Source: Octopus vulgaris
Taxonomy: Eukaryota
Length of the DNA: 64,000 nucleotides
Reading direction: 5' to 3'
Assembly (NCBI GenBank): GCA_951406725.2
Contig: OX597820.1
Span: 99,882,001 to 99,946,000 of the forward strand
Shown: one piece after another, positions 1-14,269 of the stretch
Position numbering within the stretch: position 1 is the first letter of the stretch
Layout of the letters: every line of letters starts with the position of its first letter
Made by a program: the position numbers and the translations under genes
Notes under the pieces: model-generated
The model's input: only the letters and a program-made list of their open reading frames with translations
What the model was told of the DNA's origin: nothing
Database searches by the model: none

Positions 1-1311
1 GAATATCCTATGTATCGCACTTAATTTTAAATATTTTTCAAATGCTGTTTCTGTTTTCGATTTAGTATCGTACTTTGTCAGTCAACTGTCGTGTGAATTA
101 ATTTTGTGTCTATAATTGATTATATTTTCGATTCTGTTACATAGTTTATCGAATTGTCTTCGTTACCTTTCATTCATATTTATCACGTTACCACGTTCTT
201 TTTCATTCCTATTTTTCGATTACTTTGGACTCTTCTTCTTTGCTGTAAAAGCTAAATACATTCTCTTTCGATCATATCTCTTCTCTGCAGCTGATCTTCT
301 CTTTCTAATGATTCATCCCTCTAGTTCACTATGCACTTGCGCTCACACTCTGCTGAGCTCACATTGTCTATCGTGATCTATTTTCCTATACTACAACGTA
401 TAACATTGAACGTGGCCGTTCGTCTCTGCGTCATGAGGGTAGAAAGATGTTACTGTTCAAATCAAGAAAAGATATGGAGAAACACATGGCAGTGAGGGAA
501 AGAAGAGATATCCCTCCCTATATCATTCTATCTTTCTGTTCTCCCTTCTCTCACTTTACACACAGTTATATACGAACCACCCAACGTTTAAACCGAAATT
601 TTCCGGAGAGAACCGAATTTTTCTCACCTTTTCATTTCTAAATAAAAAAAAAACAGCTTTCCATTTTTTTTAGACTGGGAAAATATTTAATAATTATATG
701 TAAAATAGAAATGTTTACATTCATCTCTAATTTCTACACTATTTTTATCAGTGAATGACAAGAAGATTCCCAAAATTTTAAAACCTCCAACAAAGCTACA
801 AGAACTTACATGCACCCCCAAAAATATGCAAACATACACCCATACATAAGCATAGACACACATATATGTAAGGATAAATGTGTGTGTGTGTGCTTGTGTG
901 TGTGTTTATATATATATGTATGTACATACACACACATGTTTCTATCCCGGTTAGTTGCATGAACAGTAAACTATTGTATCATATTCCAAAAGATTCCCAA
1001 ACAAAATCTCCAGGCTTGTTCATCTGTCATCTCCTCTAGTATTTGGAACTCCTGGGCTTTCACAATTCCGATTTGTGTTAGAAGAAGGTTTCACCATTAC
1101 TGCATAATCCCGATCCTCTTAAGTATCTAATGCCTCCTTGTATTAATCAAGCAATTGTTGTGACTGGCTGTTCCATGAAATAGTCATTGCATGTGTTTGG
1201 ATTGAAAATGTTTTCCCTCGGGTATTTAATCGAAGACCTCTAAAGAATTCATTTGGTTCAGTATTAAATACAATAAATATAGGCATAAATATACACACAT
1301 GCACCAACAGA

Positions 1312-1353
<42 letters not shown>

Positions 1354-1429
1354 TATATATATGCGCACGCGCGTGTGTGGCGTGCGTGTATTCACTCTTT
1401 TTATATATATATATATATACATACATACA

Positions 1430-1518
<89 letters not shown>

Positions 1519-1558
1519 AAATGGAGTTAAACGCAGGCGTTATTCAAATCTTTATACG

Positions 1559-1642
1559 TCCGACATATGTTTCGAAGTAAACATTGGTATTATTCGAGCG
1601 GGAATAAAATTATGCACAACAATGCGATCTTCTCATCAGGAA
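1559..1642 (-). ncRNA. Type I hammerhead ribozyme motif (intact core)
   Basis: Minus strand: ttc-CTGATGA-gaag..cattg..caatg..cttc-GAAAC-atat-GTC-gga. Stem III is the palindrome ACATATGT; stem I is short. Confidence 0.75.
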
Positions 1643-2075
1643 AAAACAAAAGAGAAACAAAACACATCAATAAGCCATTTTAACCGAATGTATCTACTGC
1701 GTATATAGCAAGTTATTTAAAAAAAAACGTTAATAGATTTAACGTCAAATGCAATTTAGAGAATGCGAATGAGAAGAAAGAAAGAAATTAGCAGAAAACC
1801 AAGAGTGGGGAAATGTAGTGTGACAGAGGAATAGGAATAAAGCTTAAAGGCGTGGAAATAGATATATTTAGTGGAAGTGAAATATAAGAAGACAGTTAAA
1901 GGTCGAATTTTATAGATTGGTTTTCTAATAATTTCTTTCTTTCTCCTCCTTCTTTGTCTTTCAATTAAATCTATTAACGTTTCTTTTTAAATAAAAAAAA
2001 ATTGCTTGTCATCATATACGCAGTCATCACATTCGGTTAAAATGGCTTATTGTTGTGTTTTGTTTTCCTTTTTTT

Positions 2076-2160
2076 TTCCTTGTGAGAAGATCGTATTGTT
2101 TTACATCATTTTATTCCCTCTGCAATGATACCAATGTTTTCTTCGAAACATATGTCGGAG
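2076..2160 (+). ncRNA. Degenerate hammerhead motif (core CTTGTGA)
   Basis: cttgtga-gaag...cttc-GAAAC-atat-GTC-ggag, the mirror copy of 1559-1642 with a mutated core. Confidence 0.6.
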
Positions 2161-2808
2161 GTATAAAGATTTGAATAACACCTGCGTTTAACTCCATTGC
2201 TTTATTTATCTGTTATACAAAAACATTTCACTAAACCCTGGAATTTCTACCTTTATAAGTAAGCTGTAACATCCTTGATACTTACGTGAATTCTTTGCTA
2301 CCCTGGTAACTATTTATTTATTTTTTCCGTGTTATTTGTACACATCGAAAATATACACATACATTTATATACCCTTCAACCAAGTTTCCATATAACCTAA
2401 AAATAAAATAGTTACCACATATGGAGTTATTTGATATAAACGCATCTCTTAAGGATGTACCCAACACATTGAAAAAATGCACATATATATATATATATAT
2501 CGTGCGTGTGTGTGTGTGTATATATATATATATCTGTGTGTGCATGTGTGTGCACGCATACAAGCATATGCACACACACACATATACATATGAAATTTAT
2601 TCTGTGTATGTTAAGAAGCAATTTCTTAATATTTGACAATTATTTAAAATTTAGCGTTTAATCATTAGCAATAACATTACACTCAGGCACACATGGACCT
2701 GTTGACATACAGACACTTGCCAACACATACACATACATGCACAAATACATACACACAAAAAAGCACGAAAAGAAAAACGTAATTCCGTCTGTTTCGACTA
2801 TGACAATT

Positions 2809-3008
2809 ACTCTTTTACTTGTTTCAGCCATTTGACTGCGGCCATGCTGGAGCACCGCCTTTAGTTGAACAAATTGACCCTAGCACTTATTCTTTGTAAG
2901 CCTAGTCCTTATTCTATCGGTCTCTTTTGCCGAACCGCTAAGTGACGGGGATGGAAACACACTAGCATCGGTTATCAAGCGATGTTGGGGGGACAAACAC
3001 AGACACAA

Positions 3009-3064
<56 letters not shown>

Positions 3065-3228
3065 GACAGGCTTCTGTCAGTTTCCGTCTACCAAATCCAC
3101 TCACAAGGCTTTGGTCGGCCCGAGGCTATAGTAGAAGACACTTGCCCAAGGTGCCACGCAGTGGGACTGAACCCGGAACCATGTGGTGGGTAAGCAAGCT
3201 ACTTACCACACAGCCACTCCCGCGCCTA
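2809..3228 (-). mobile_element. tRNA-derived SINE, family A (internal TA/TG microsatellite)
   Basis: Minus-strand head ggcgcgggagtggctgtgtggtaag...ggttcagtccc (A/B-box-like) and tail gaaacaagtaaaagagt. Many related copies occur in the window. Confidence 0.85.
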
Positions 3229-3715
3229 TATGATACTTTTATTCTATGTGTGATCGTTTGAATTTTGCTGTGATAAGGGTGGCCCTTTGAATTTTTCTTT
3301 CACAGGATCCTATGTATAAGATCTATATTGGAATCTCGTGAGTACAAATTGAATTTCTTAACTCCTCAGCCATGCGGTCATTGTAATCATAGTTCGATTA
3401 CCTTATCGATAGTATTAACGCGTCTCTCAGAAGGATGAAAAGGGATTTGAAAAGAGGACATAAGAAGAACGCAATTATATATCAGAGAAAATTTTCCTGA
3501 TACTCTTTGCTTTCGCCTATCTACTAGGCTTGACGTCTGAAGAACAGGATCATAAATTTTAGGGGATGAATTACTTTACCACAAAACCCTGCAAATAAAT
3601 GTATTTTATGTCTAACGATATTTTCAAACGTAGCCACTTTCTAGGTTGGGATTCTGATTTTAAAGTTCTGAAAACGCTGTTTTCTTTATTCAAATCAACT
3701 TCGTATGTGTGTATA

Positions 3716-3778
<63 letters not shown>

Positions 3779-4789
3779 CCATGGCTCTGTTTATGTGTGA
3801 ACGTAGGCGTATAAACTGTAACAGTTAGTTTCTAACAGAGCTGCGGTTAATATGTTTCGCTAAAGTCTACAGACAGAATTACCAGCTGCCCTCCTTATTC
3901 TATTAACATCGGAGAACATCGAAGAATTGAAAAGAATAGTTTAACATCGGTTATATTTGGATTTGGATGCTGGGGAGTTGGGGAAACCTAAATACAGCAA
4001 AATAATTTAGCGCAGAGTTCTTTTGTTTTTGTCGGGCAGTAATCTTTTTTTTTTTTTTTTTTTTTTTTTCTAAACGTCTGTTTAGAGAAATTTTCAGCTA
4101 AATAGTTTTGTATCAACTGACGGAACATATCAAGAGAACAGTTGTGTATTGTGTCAGTAGATTATCCTGTAATAGTGGGTGACCTATTCGTGAGAAATGG
4201 GCCAAGTCAAACAAATAAGAGCAACGCGTTATATTTATTTATTTACTTATTTATTCATTTATTCTGTTTTCACTTCACTTCATTGCAGATAAATCTTTCG
4301 CCTTTACACGTCGTGTGTATGTGCGAGTGGCTTTGTGTTCGTGTTCGTCCCTCACCACAGCTTTACAACCGGTGTTGGTTTATTTCCATCTCTATAACCT
4401 AACGGTTTAGCATAAGAGACCGACAGAATAAGTACCAGGCTTAAAAAATAAGTACTGGGGTCGATTCGTTCAGCTAAAACCCTCCAAAGTGATACCCCAG
4501 CATAGTCGCAGTCTTGAAACAAGTAAAAGGTAAAAGTCATAACAATTGACTGTTTACCATTTTTTCTTTCTGCTACGGGTTTTAATCAGTGGACTGTGAC
4601 CATATCGGTTCACAGATTTCTAAGAGATAGTCGATAAATTCAAACCAGTACTTACTTTTTCGAATGTAAAATGATTAAAAACAGAAAGTTAGTTGTACTT
4701 GGGTGAGATTCGAACTCGAAATGTAAGCGCTCGTAACCGAAAACACCATAAAGGACTTCGGCCTACACCCTATCAACTATGCTATATAA

Positions 4790-5261
4790 ACAAACACTAA
4801 TAACCCTAAAGACAAAGAAATAATTATATAACTACTTTCATGTGGCATGTATATATGATATAATTTTTTATAGTATATCCAATAAAACGATCAGACGGAC
4901 AGACGCCCATTATAGTAAGATAGGAAGTCGGCTCATCTACGATGGGAAATAAAGGAATAGTATTGCAAATCTAAACCCTCTAAATTCATGAACTTACGGG
5001 GCGAGGACCACAGAGTTAATCCTCGTACCGGAACTCTAACAAAAAAAAAAAATCAAAGGTGATTTATTAATACAAAACTTAATATCCACTAAATAATCAA
5101 AGTTTTTCACATTATTTCGCTAAAAACCTTACTGATTACTTCCTTCGTAATTCCGAGAAATATCATGACCATTTTTTCATCAGTTTGACCGTGAAGATGG
5201 AACAGACAGAGAGACGGACAGATGGACAGACACATGGACATAATGCCCATTATAGTAAGAT
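4790..5261 (+). repeat. Non-autonomous element remnant with (GGAC/AGAC) microrepeat, possibly Helentron/DINE-like
   Basis: The terminus gcccattatagtaagat occurs twice (~4905 and ~5245), each preceded by cagacggacagac-type repeats. Confidence 0.35.
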
Positions 5262-6259
5262 TACTAAATTCTTGCTGATCTTTCCCCTCTTATTACTGTT
5301 CCTAACTACTTTATTCTAAAATGTGCTGCGTTATACAGGACATATCCAATTGGCATCATATTTAACAATAATTTCGAACTTGTTCTTTGCTCTTTTAATA
5401 GAAATGAATAAATAAACACACACGTTTCTAAACTCAACAGGCAGTAGAGAAATTAAATGGAAATAAAAAAACACAGAAAAAAATTAGTTTTATCAAGGAA
5501 GTTTTATCAAGGAAAGAACCCTTAGCTTTGTAAGAACTGGTTACTCACTGACTTTCAAGCAGTAGTGGGATTGCATCAGTTGACATTTATTGAAATTTGA
5601 AATTAATTTTAAAGCTTTGTATGTTATTAAACGGGTCTTTACGGTGTAACTACGTCAGTTTCAACACACCCTGTCTCAGATCAAGTACGATCCCGAAATT
5701 TTGAAAGCTACAAGGATACAAAATATCTCACAGAACGCTATGACATGTTACCTAAGAAAGATAACTGCAACAATTTCACTTTGTAAGACAATACTTCAAC
5801 ATAGAGTCTACAATAAATATTCAGGAGTCAAGAAACTAAATCTGAAGAAAAGTCAGGTTCCAACACTCAAGCATGCCTTAATGATGAACCTGAAGTCAAA
5901 AGAATCTGACCATCAATGAAAACTCAAAACAGGAAACTTTCTCTGAAGTTAAAAACTAAATTGCTAGACTTGAAATATAAAACTCAGTGTAAATTGCTAG
6001 AAGAAATACAACAAAGCATTTCTTCTGAGAGTCTGCCAATTCGGCGTTTTACCTGTTTGATAAGATGTTTGATAGTGTAATACTTATAGATATGAATGAT
6101 GAATGTCGAGTCCAAATTTAGGATTGTTTTAGCCTTTTGATTATGTCAAGTAGCTGTATGAGCAGCTAGTGTCTTATTTAGCCAAGACGTGGTGATTTCT
6201 TTGTGCTATATATATATATTGCTTTGGTGAATGGTTCAGTCTTTCGTATCAAAATAATG

Positions 6260-8180
6260 GTCCAAACTGTCCCTCACTCAAGGATGCTAGAAGCCTTTCG
6301 ACTTACTAAAGTTTCAGAAAGTGTAGTCAAAGCCATCGCTGATCTGAATTCATCGTAGGCCACCATCTCGAACTTAAATACAAGGAGTGAGTATATTATC
6401 ACTGATAAATACAATATCAAAGGGGTATATTCCAAGGGAGAGTATTTCTGTGATGCTGTTCGTGGTTTCAGTTAACTCCTTGTCATTTATGTTGAGGAAA
6501 TCTGAAGGATGTCTCACTAGTTCACAGAGAGACAGAAAGATCAAAATTACACACTGCTTTTCTGTGGACGACTTGAAACTGCATGTCAAGAGTATGCATG
6601 AGATGAAAAGTAGTCTTGACCGGGTTACAACATTTTCGAAGGATATAGGGTTGGAGCTTGGTCAAGATAAATGTTGCTATATGGTTGTGAAAAGAGGGAA
6701 AACTGTAAACCAGACTAGCCGTATCTCCATCGCCTTAGCTGATAAGGAATGTTACAAGTACCTAGGGATAAATAAAGACATATCTTATGGTAGTACCTGT
6801 AACGAGGCACGTGTCACTAAAAAATATTACAGCCCGATAAGTGAAATATGGAACTTGGAACTCTCTGAATTCAATAAAACAGTGACCCACAAAGTGTTTG
6901 CAGTACAAGTACTCATTCCAATATTTGGGCTGCTTGATGGACACTTGATGATATCCGACCCATTGATTTGAGAACTCGGAAGGTACTGACCAACATCAAC
7001 ATCAATATCCTGACTACCTTTGAATGTTATATTATATTCCTTCAGTACCAAATGTCAAAGTACATCCCTTGACCAAGTTTACATACACGAGGCAAATTAC
7101 ATCATGAGATTTGGAAATCAGTTCCTCGAGCAAGATTACTTGTCTGATAACCTTGAATACATGCCCAAGTTGCAACGCATTATCAGAAAATAGGACGAGC
7201 GTATATCAACGGAAGACCATGCATGGATATGTTATCAGAAAGGTCCAGAAAGACAGTAACATTGATATTCAAAGCAGTCTATTCTGGACCAACAACAAGA
7301 TTACTAGCTCTCACTTTGAGGGATATGCGTTTTCAATCCAGGAACAGGAAGTAGCAACCAAATACCTGCTGTACAAAAGGGATAGAGATGCAGGACAAAA
7401 CACTAAAATGCAATAACCGATGCAGACTTTGTGGAGTTAACACTGAAAATATTATCCTGATCATAAGCATTTGACTAAAATTGCCATCGCGTTGTTATCT
7501 ACCGATGATACATGACGTAACTAAGACACTGTGTAATAAGATCTGTCAGAAGGATAATCCTGAGGTCAAAGAGATGAGAGCCCACAGTATATTAGAGGCC
7601 ATAGCCACTCATAATATAAAAGTATTGGTGGAATGTCCCAGGAAAATGTTACCAATGTTAATTTGGGTCAGAGAAGAGAAACTGTGTACAGCGGCGGAAA
7701 TCAGGTGCCCAGGATATCAACATAAAGCTAAAGATCAGTGAAAAAGAAAACACCTTCGCTGAACTATTGAGAAGTTTGGAGTTACACTACTGGGATTACA
7801 AGTTCAGGTTTATACTTGTGATTTCTGGGGCACTGAGATACGTAACAAACCACCTAAATATCAATCTTAGGAAATTAAGCTTCTCAGAACCAGAAAGGAG
7901 AAAGCTAATTAGAAGATTATAGTCATTAATGAAACTGTAAAAATTTGTCAAAACTTTCCAGTATATATACGCATGTCTAGACATGCAAGTATATTCATGA
8001 GAATACAAACATAAAACAAAACATACAAATCTGCACGTACACTAACTCCAAATACTGACATCTACACACATACATACACAAATACCGTGTTAATGTTGCT
8101 GAAATTGCAACGAAGGAGGTTACATTTAGGTTAGAAACCGACTCTTTCTCTATTGGCAAGAAATCTTGAAATAAAACTGA
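6260..8180 (+). mobile_element. Decayed R4/Dong-type non-LTR retrotransposon (RT plus C-terminal restriction-like endonuclease)
   Basis: Broken-frame motifs TVPHS, ITHCFSVDDLKL, FSKDIGLELGQDKC, YKYLGI, SHFEGYAFSIQEQEVATKYL, CRLCG, VISGAL, with many stops and frameshifts. Confidence 0.85.
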
Positions 8181-8227
8181 ATAGCATACATGAATGAATA
8201 TACATGCATACATATATAGATAGGGAA

Positions 8228-8299
<72 letters not shown>

Positions 8300-8338
8300 C
8301 ATATATATATATACACAGATATACTCACACCCGCATAT

Positions 8339-8384
<46 letters not shown>

Positions 8385-8426
8385 ATGCATGTATGTATAT
8401 ATGTATATATATATATACATATATAT

Positions 8427-8658
8427 ATCGTGACGCATATTAGCCATTTGAATATGGCTAACCCATAAGGCTGGATGCTACTGTAGTTTGTAGCCCCAGG
8501 AAGATATCTCCTCCAGCTGGCTATAGACACACTATCTGTGTCCTCTCAGTATTTGTGAAGGGGAGTCATCGGAGGAGATATCTTCCTGGGGCTACAAACT
8601 ACAGTAGCATCCACCCTTATGGGTTAGCCATATTTAAATGGCAAATATGCGTCACGAT
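8427..8658. repeat. Near-perfect 88-bp inverted repeat with 56-nt spacer
   Basis: 8427-8514 versus 8571-8658, 3 mismatches by eye, inserted between (TA)n tracts. Confidence 0.9.
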
Positions 8659-8703
8659 GTGTTACCGCTACTGTTTATAACTCGCTCTGAGATTTATCAT
8701 TGT

Positions 8704-8791
<88 letters not shown>

Positions 8792-9660
8792 CGTGTGTGT
8801 TTGTATGTGTGTAAGTATGTAAATATGTGTGTATGCAGGTAAAACGTTTGCTGTCAGCTTTGAGGTAATTTTTTACGATTTCGTGCAGAAACTTGCACGA
8901 AACACACAGACGGACACACACACACTCACTCTCACACACACACATACACGCACACATACACATATACACATACACACACTCATACACACACGTACATACG
9001 CACACGCGCATACACATAGGATTTAAGTATACTTTTGCTGTCAGCATCGAACTAATGTCATTAGTAGGCGGAAAGAAAATACATTCGTTGAATATTAATT
9101 TTAAAAAGAATAGTAAGCCGGAATGATTCTCTCTTAATATCTATATCCTGTGTGCGTTTGTAAAACGAATTTATGTTATATATTTCTTTCTCAATATATA
9201 TATATATATATATATATATTAATATATAGTCCTCATAACATTTTGTGTATATTTTATATATTTCATTGCAGGAATATGTTGATCGGCCGTAGGACAGACA
9301 TTGAAGAAAACATGCTGAAAAGGCCATACAATAGACAAATCAGCTGTCTGAATGTATAGACGTCTTATGAGCGCTCTAATGAAGATGTCAGCCATCATTT
9401 TCTTTAAATATCTCTTGAAATATTATGATTATGTGCATATTGGATTATGAAGGCTTTTCGTACAATGGCTTACTTAATATATAATACGGAACTAAAATAG
9501 TTTTAACTTTAGCAATATCTTTCTCGTTTTTGTCTCAGATGTTGCATATTCCCATTCATGGTTTGATTGCCACAGAACAAAGTTAAAAGTTAAAAGTCAT
9601 ATTCAAGTAGTACTTTTTCTAGATTTGTCTTTCATACACGCAATTACACAGACGACCAGG

Positions 9661-10100
9661 TGTGTATGTATGCATGTATGTATGTATGTATGTATGTATG
9701 TATGTATGTATGTATGTATGTATGTATGTGTGTATGTATGTATGTATGTATGTATGTATGTATGTATGTATGTATGTATGTGGGTATGTATGCATGTATG
9801 CATGTATGTATGTATGTGTGTATGTATCTACCTATCTATTTATCAATTTATGCATCTTTTCTATTCTATCTATCTATCTATCTACCTACCTATCTAGCTA
9901 GCAGGTTATCTGTCTGTCTGTCTGTCTGTTTAACTATATTTATATATATATATATATCTTTTCTATTCTATCTATCTACCTTTCTCTCTCTATCTCTCTA
10001 TCTGTGTATGTATATGTACACACACACACACACACACATACATACTTACTTACTTATGTATGTATGTATGTATGTATGTATGTATGTATGTATGTATGAT
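9661..10100. repeat. Compound (TATG)n/(TATC)n/(CA)n microsatellite
   Basis: Direct reading; source of the MYVC-type spurious ORFs. Confidence 0.95.
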
Positions 10101-10909
10101 GTATGTATGTACCATGCATATGGAAACACATAGACGTAGATATACAAATATATCATATATATTTGCGGGCATCATATATACACTCACATATATATACACT
10201 CACATATATAGTTTTTGCATCCTAGATGTCTTTGACCCTATTGAAATATTCTTACATTATGCATTATGCCGAAAGCATCATACTGTAAATAGCTTATGCG
10301 AATTTGATTTTATATTAAGACCACCTCAATAAACTGCATGCTTGCTTGGCTTCGTAGAAAAGGATAAGTTTCTTCATCTTGGATTATTCTGAGAGGACGT
10401 TGTCTTCTTTCCGTTTGCTCTCAACATCTTCTCAATGGACTCGTTCTTCCTCATGTTCCTGACAATATATCATCCCTGATCATGTTCCATCGCATTATCG
10501 TCATTGCAGAACGATGAGGTACTGCTGTTGGTTAGGGTTGCGAATGGAGGTCCTGTTCGTTAATCCTTGGAACTGAAACTAAAAGGATTTCTTCCACCAT
10601 TCCAGTGTTGCTCCGGGAGAAGCAGCTATTATGGTATGTGTCTGTTGTCGATGGTTACGATAATGACGGTGTTGTTATTGTAGTCTCTACTGCCTTAATC
10701 TTCATTGTCTTTCGAAATCTTATGTTAGAAAGCTCTCGAGTAGCGCTTAATGGTACAAGTGTAGCATGCAGCACGTCTCGTGATTTTCTTTATGTATTCC
10801 CAACAAAGTATATTTCCAAATTGGCTCTGCAATATTCGGTGTGGCTGAGAGTTCTATGTGCATGAATGTATCACTCCAGCACATATCCTTTCTGGTTACT
10901 TTGGTGTTA

Positions 10910-12238
10910 CATCCTGGCCATATTTTGTCACATAAGTAGTGACGGACTCAGAGTCAATATTTTTTACAGTAACAATTTCTTTACGTCGCTCCAAATATCG
11001 TGACACAAAGCTCAAGGCAACAACTAGCTTGGCCTTCTTTTTCAACTTGCTCTCAGAGTTCAGTACACTGTGGACGATTCCGTACGTTCTGTCCCGGCTG
11101 CTTTCGTTAAATACTTGACACTTCAACGTAGTTCGACGCGAACTTACGATGAAACACGTAGTATTTTGTGTGCAAGGCATAAACCGGAAAATGGAGAACC
11201 AAAACGAATATTATCGACACCTTATGCTTTTTTTACTTGAAAACAAGGGTAAGAAAACAGTGGAAATCTGCAGGAAGATATATGCTGTGTATGGAGAGGA
11301 TGCTGGTTCGGATGTGTGTGTCAGAAGTAGTTTCCAATATATCGATCGAGAAATTTTCCTGTTCAAGATTTTTCGGTTCTGGCTGGCCAACTAACATTAA
11401 CAACGATACAACGATACCAACCCCCCATTATATGACACGAATGATCCAGATAATCCCCAAATATCTAAATCGAGTGTTGAAAACCATCTGCATCGAATTG
11501 ATTACATCAGCGGTTTCAATGTTTAGATCCCTCATCAGTTGAATGAGGCTATCCTCGTCCAATGGTTTTCCATTTGAGATTTGTTGCAAAGACGTGAAGA
11601 AAACGATTCTTTTTCTTTTTTTTCTCTTTGAAGCGAGTGGTGACAAAGAGAAAATATGGATCGTCTATAATAATATGAAACGCAAATGATCATGGGGTAA
11701 GCGCGGCGAACTACCGCAAACAACCTCCAAAGTAGGATTTCCCCCCGAACAGGTTATGCTTTCAGTTTGGTGGGATTGGAAGAGTGTTGTCTTCTCACGA
11801 ACAAGACCATCAATTTAGATGTATACTGTGACTTGCTGGATAAATTAAATGCAGTGATCCATCAGAGGAATCCAGCATTTGCTAATCGTAAAGGCAATTC
11901 CAGACTGCACACTTTTTAGCAGACGTCGCAGAAGTTAATTGGGCTTCGTTGGGAAATTTTGCTGCACTTTCTATCTTTACCTGACCTTGCATCTTCACAT
12001 TTCCCCCTGTTTCGGTATCGTCAAGTTTTATTGAATGGACAGACTTTTCAACTTTGAAGTTTTTCGCTTGTAAAGTTAGGAAATTTTTTGAGCAGAGAAT
12101 AATGGATCTGCCCACAAGATAATAGAAGATAACAGAACGAAACGGTAATTATATCATTGATCATTGATTGAACAAATAGCTTTATGTTTAAACTTGTCTT
12201 ATTTTTGTTTAAAAAACTGTTCGGTTATTTTGGCCAGT
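10910..12238 (+). mobile_element. Decayed mariner transposon
   Basis: MENQNEYYRHLMLF...ICRKIYAVYGEDA N-terminus and WGKRGELPQTTSK...VMLSVWWDWKSVV motif; frameshifted; ends approximate. Confidence 0.8.
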
Positions 12239-13246
12239 GCTTCACTTCTCCTTTTACTAGTAACTATCTGCTTATGAAGACTGGTGATTTACCCAGACAA
12301 CGTCCTTTTGTCCGAAGCAAGGTATGTTGTCCAGAAATAATCCCATCCACCGCCACACACCCAAACATCAGTGTCCGTATAACATAATTTCTTTCTATGC
12401 AACATGCTCTTACTTGTGTTTACATTGGATATGTATACTCAGCAATATGAATACTTCCTGCTCTTTCATTTCTTTGTTACAACACTTAATTTTAGTCTTG
12501 TTGCATCTGCGAAATATTTATTTTTATATTACTTGAAGTAACTCTTAGTTTACTTCGAAGGGCTTTTCATTCTTGTGTATAATAATAGGTAAGAAATTCG
12601 ACATCCTTTTTTCCCCTTTTACAGTCATGGGAACTAAAGTTTCCTACTGAATTAGTGATAATGGATTCATATTTGATATAAAAAAAAGGAAAGAAAAGAA
12701 AACGCGTCCATGTTTTGTGTAACTAAATACATCATTTTTTATCTTTTTCCGCACGCTTTATAATTCGTATGCACACTATGTTATGTTCATATGTCATGTT
12801 ATATTAGTCATGCTTAAATAAAGTTAACGGAATATGTTACAGGTATAGAATGTTTATCACTGGAATTGTGCTGTAAAACAGCTTTACGATTCATTTTACT
12901 AGAATCGATGAAAAATTTCTACTCTTCACACAGAAAAGAGTCCCAGTCAGTTTCTAGCATCAGATCATTGATAGCATTGCATTAAATTCATTTGTTGCTA
13001 AAGAAAGCCAATACTTCATATGACGATGTCAAAAATAGGGAAGTATGCTGTTTGAATATTCATACAGATTTATTTATTTGTTTTTGCTAATTTCAGATCG
13101 TATATTAAGTCATTTAACTGTACTTGAGTTAGCAGATGAGGGTAAGTACGAACCTCTGCAACATATAGCCAATTTTATATATATATATATATATATGTAT
13201 GTATATATATATGTATGTATATATGTATATATATATATATGTATGT

Positions 13247-13277
<31 letters not shown>

Positions 13278-13512
13278 TATGTATATATATATGGAAGTAA
13301 GAATTGATGGAAGTAAGAATTATTTGAATACTGCCTGCCTTTCCTCCTGGTCACGGAATATTGACATGATACTTGTGGAGTCGTTTATAGAGAAATCACA
13401 CTACACTCTGGTTTAATGGGACCGCTGTTGGTACACATCATTTTGTTAGCCGAGAAGCAGCTAATCTCTATATCCACAGATTGTTCCTATGGTAATAGAA
13501 CTCTACAATTGA

Positions 13513-13703
13513 TCCATCTATCCATCCGTCCGTCCATCCGTCCATCCATCCATTCATCCATCCATCCATCCATCTATCCATCCATCCATCCATCCATCCA
13601 TCCATCCATCCATCCATCCATCCATCCATCCATCCATCCATCCATCCATCCATCCATCCATCCATCCATCCATCCATCCATCCATCCATCTATCTATCCA
13701 TCC

Positions 13704-13779
<76 letters not shown>
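13513..13779. repeat. (ATCC)n-(ATCT)n microsatellite
   Basis: Direct reading. Confidence 0.95.
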
Positions 13780-14269
13780 GATTGGGCGGCATCGTTTTCG
13801 TCTGCGTAAGTCTAAACAGTTTCTTGTATTCATTTATGTTTGTTATATTGAATTTTTGTCAACAGTTGGTTAACAACATCAGCTTTCATGTGATTGATTC
13901 GGTCTTCCGAAAATCCAGCCCCTGCGAGTGTATTTTCGAATTTGAAATTCCATTTTGAAAACATTTTTTAAGTCTGTCCTGAGAAATGGATAACTTGGCT
14001 GAAGCGGCCATGCATTGAATCACATTCACACACACAGTCGAACAAAGGAAGCAAGTGGGAAGGGAAAGCAAGAAGAATGAACAAATGTCTACTGCCACTA
14101 CCATTGTATTTCTTTATTCTACTGCCACTACCATTGCCATCACCACTGTCTCCGTTACTGCCACCACCACCATCACCACCACCACCATCACCACCACCAC
14201 CATGAACAAAGTAACTTTGCTTCAGTTTCGAGGCAAAGAAAACGAGCTGTTTCATTTGCACCACAACAA

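Larger units (their letters stand above)
1515..2203. mobile_element. Foldback element (~285-bp inverted arms), PLE pseudo-LTR-like, with a hammerhead motif in each arm
   Basis: 1515-1800 is the imperfect reverse complement of 1919-2203 (aaagaaatggagttaaacgcaggcgttattcaaatctttata / tataaagatttgaataacacctgcgtttaactccattgcttt). It abuts a (TA)n tract. Confidence 0.8.
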
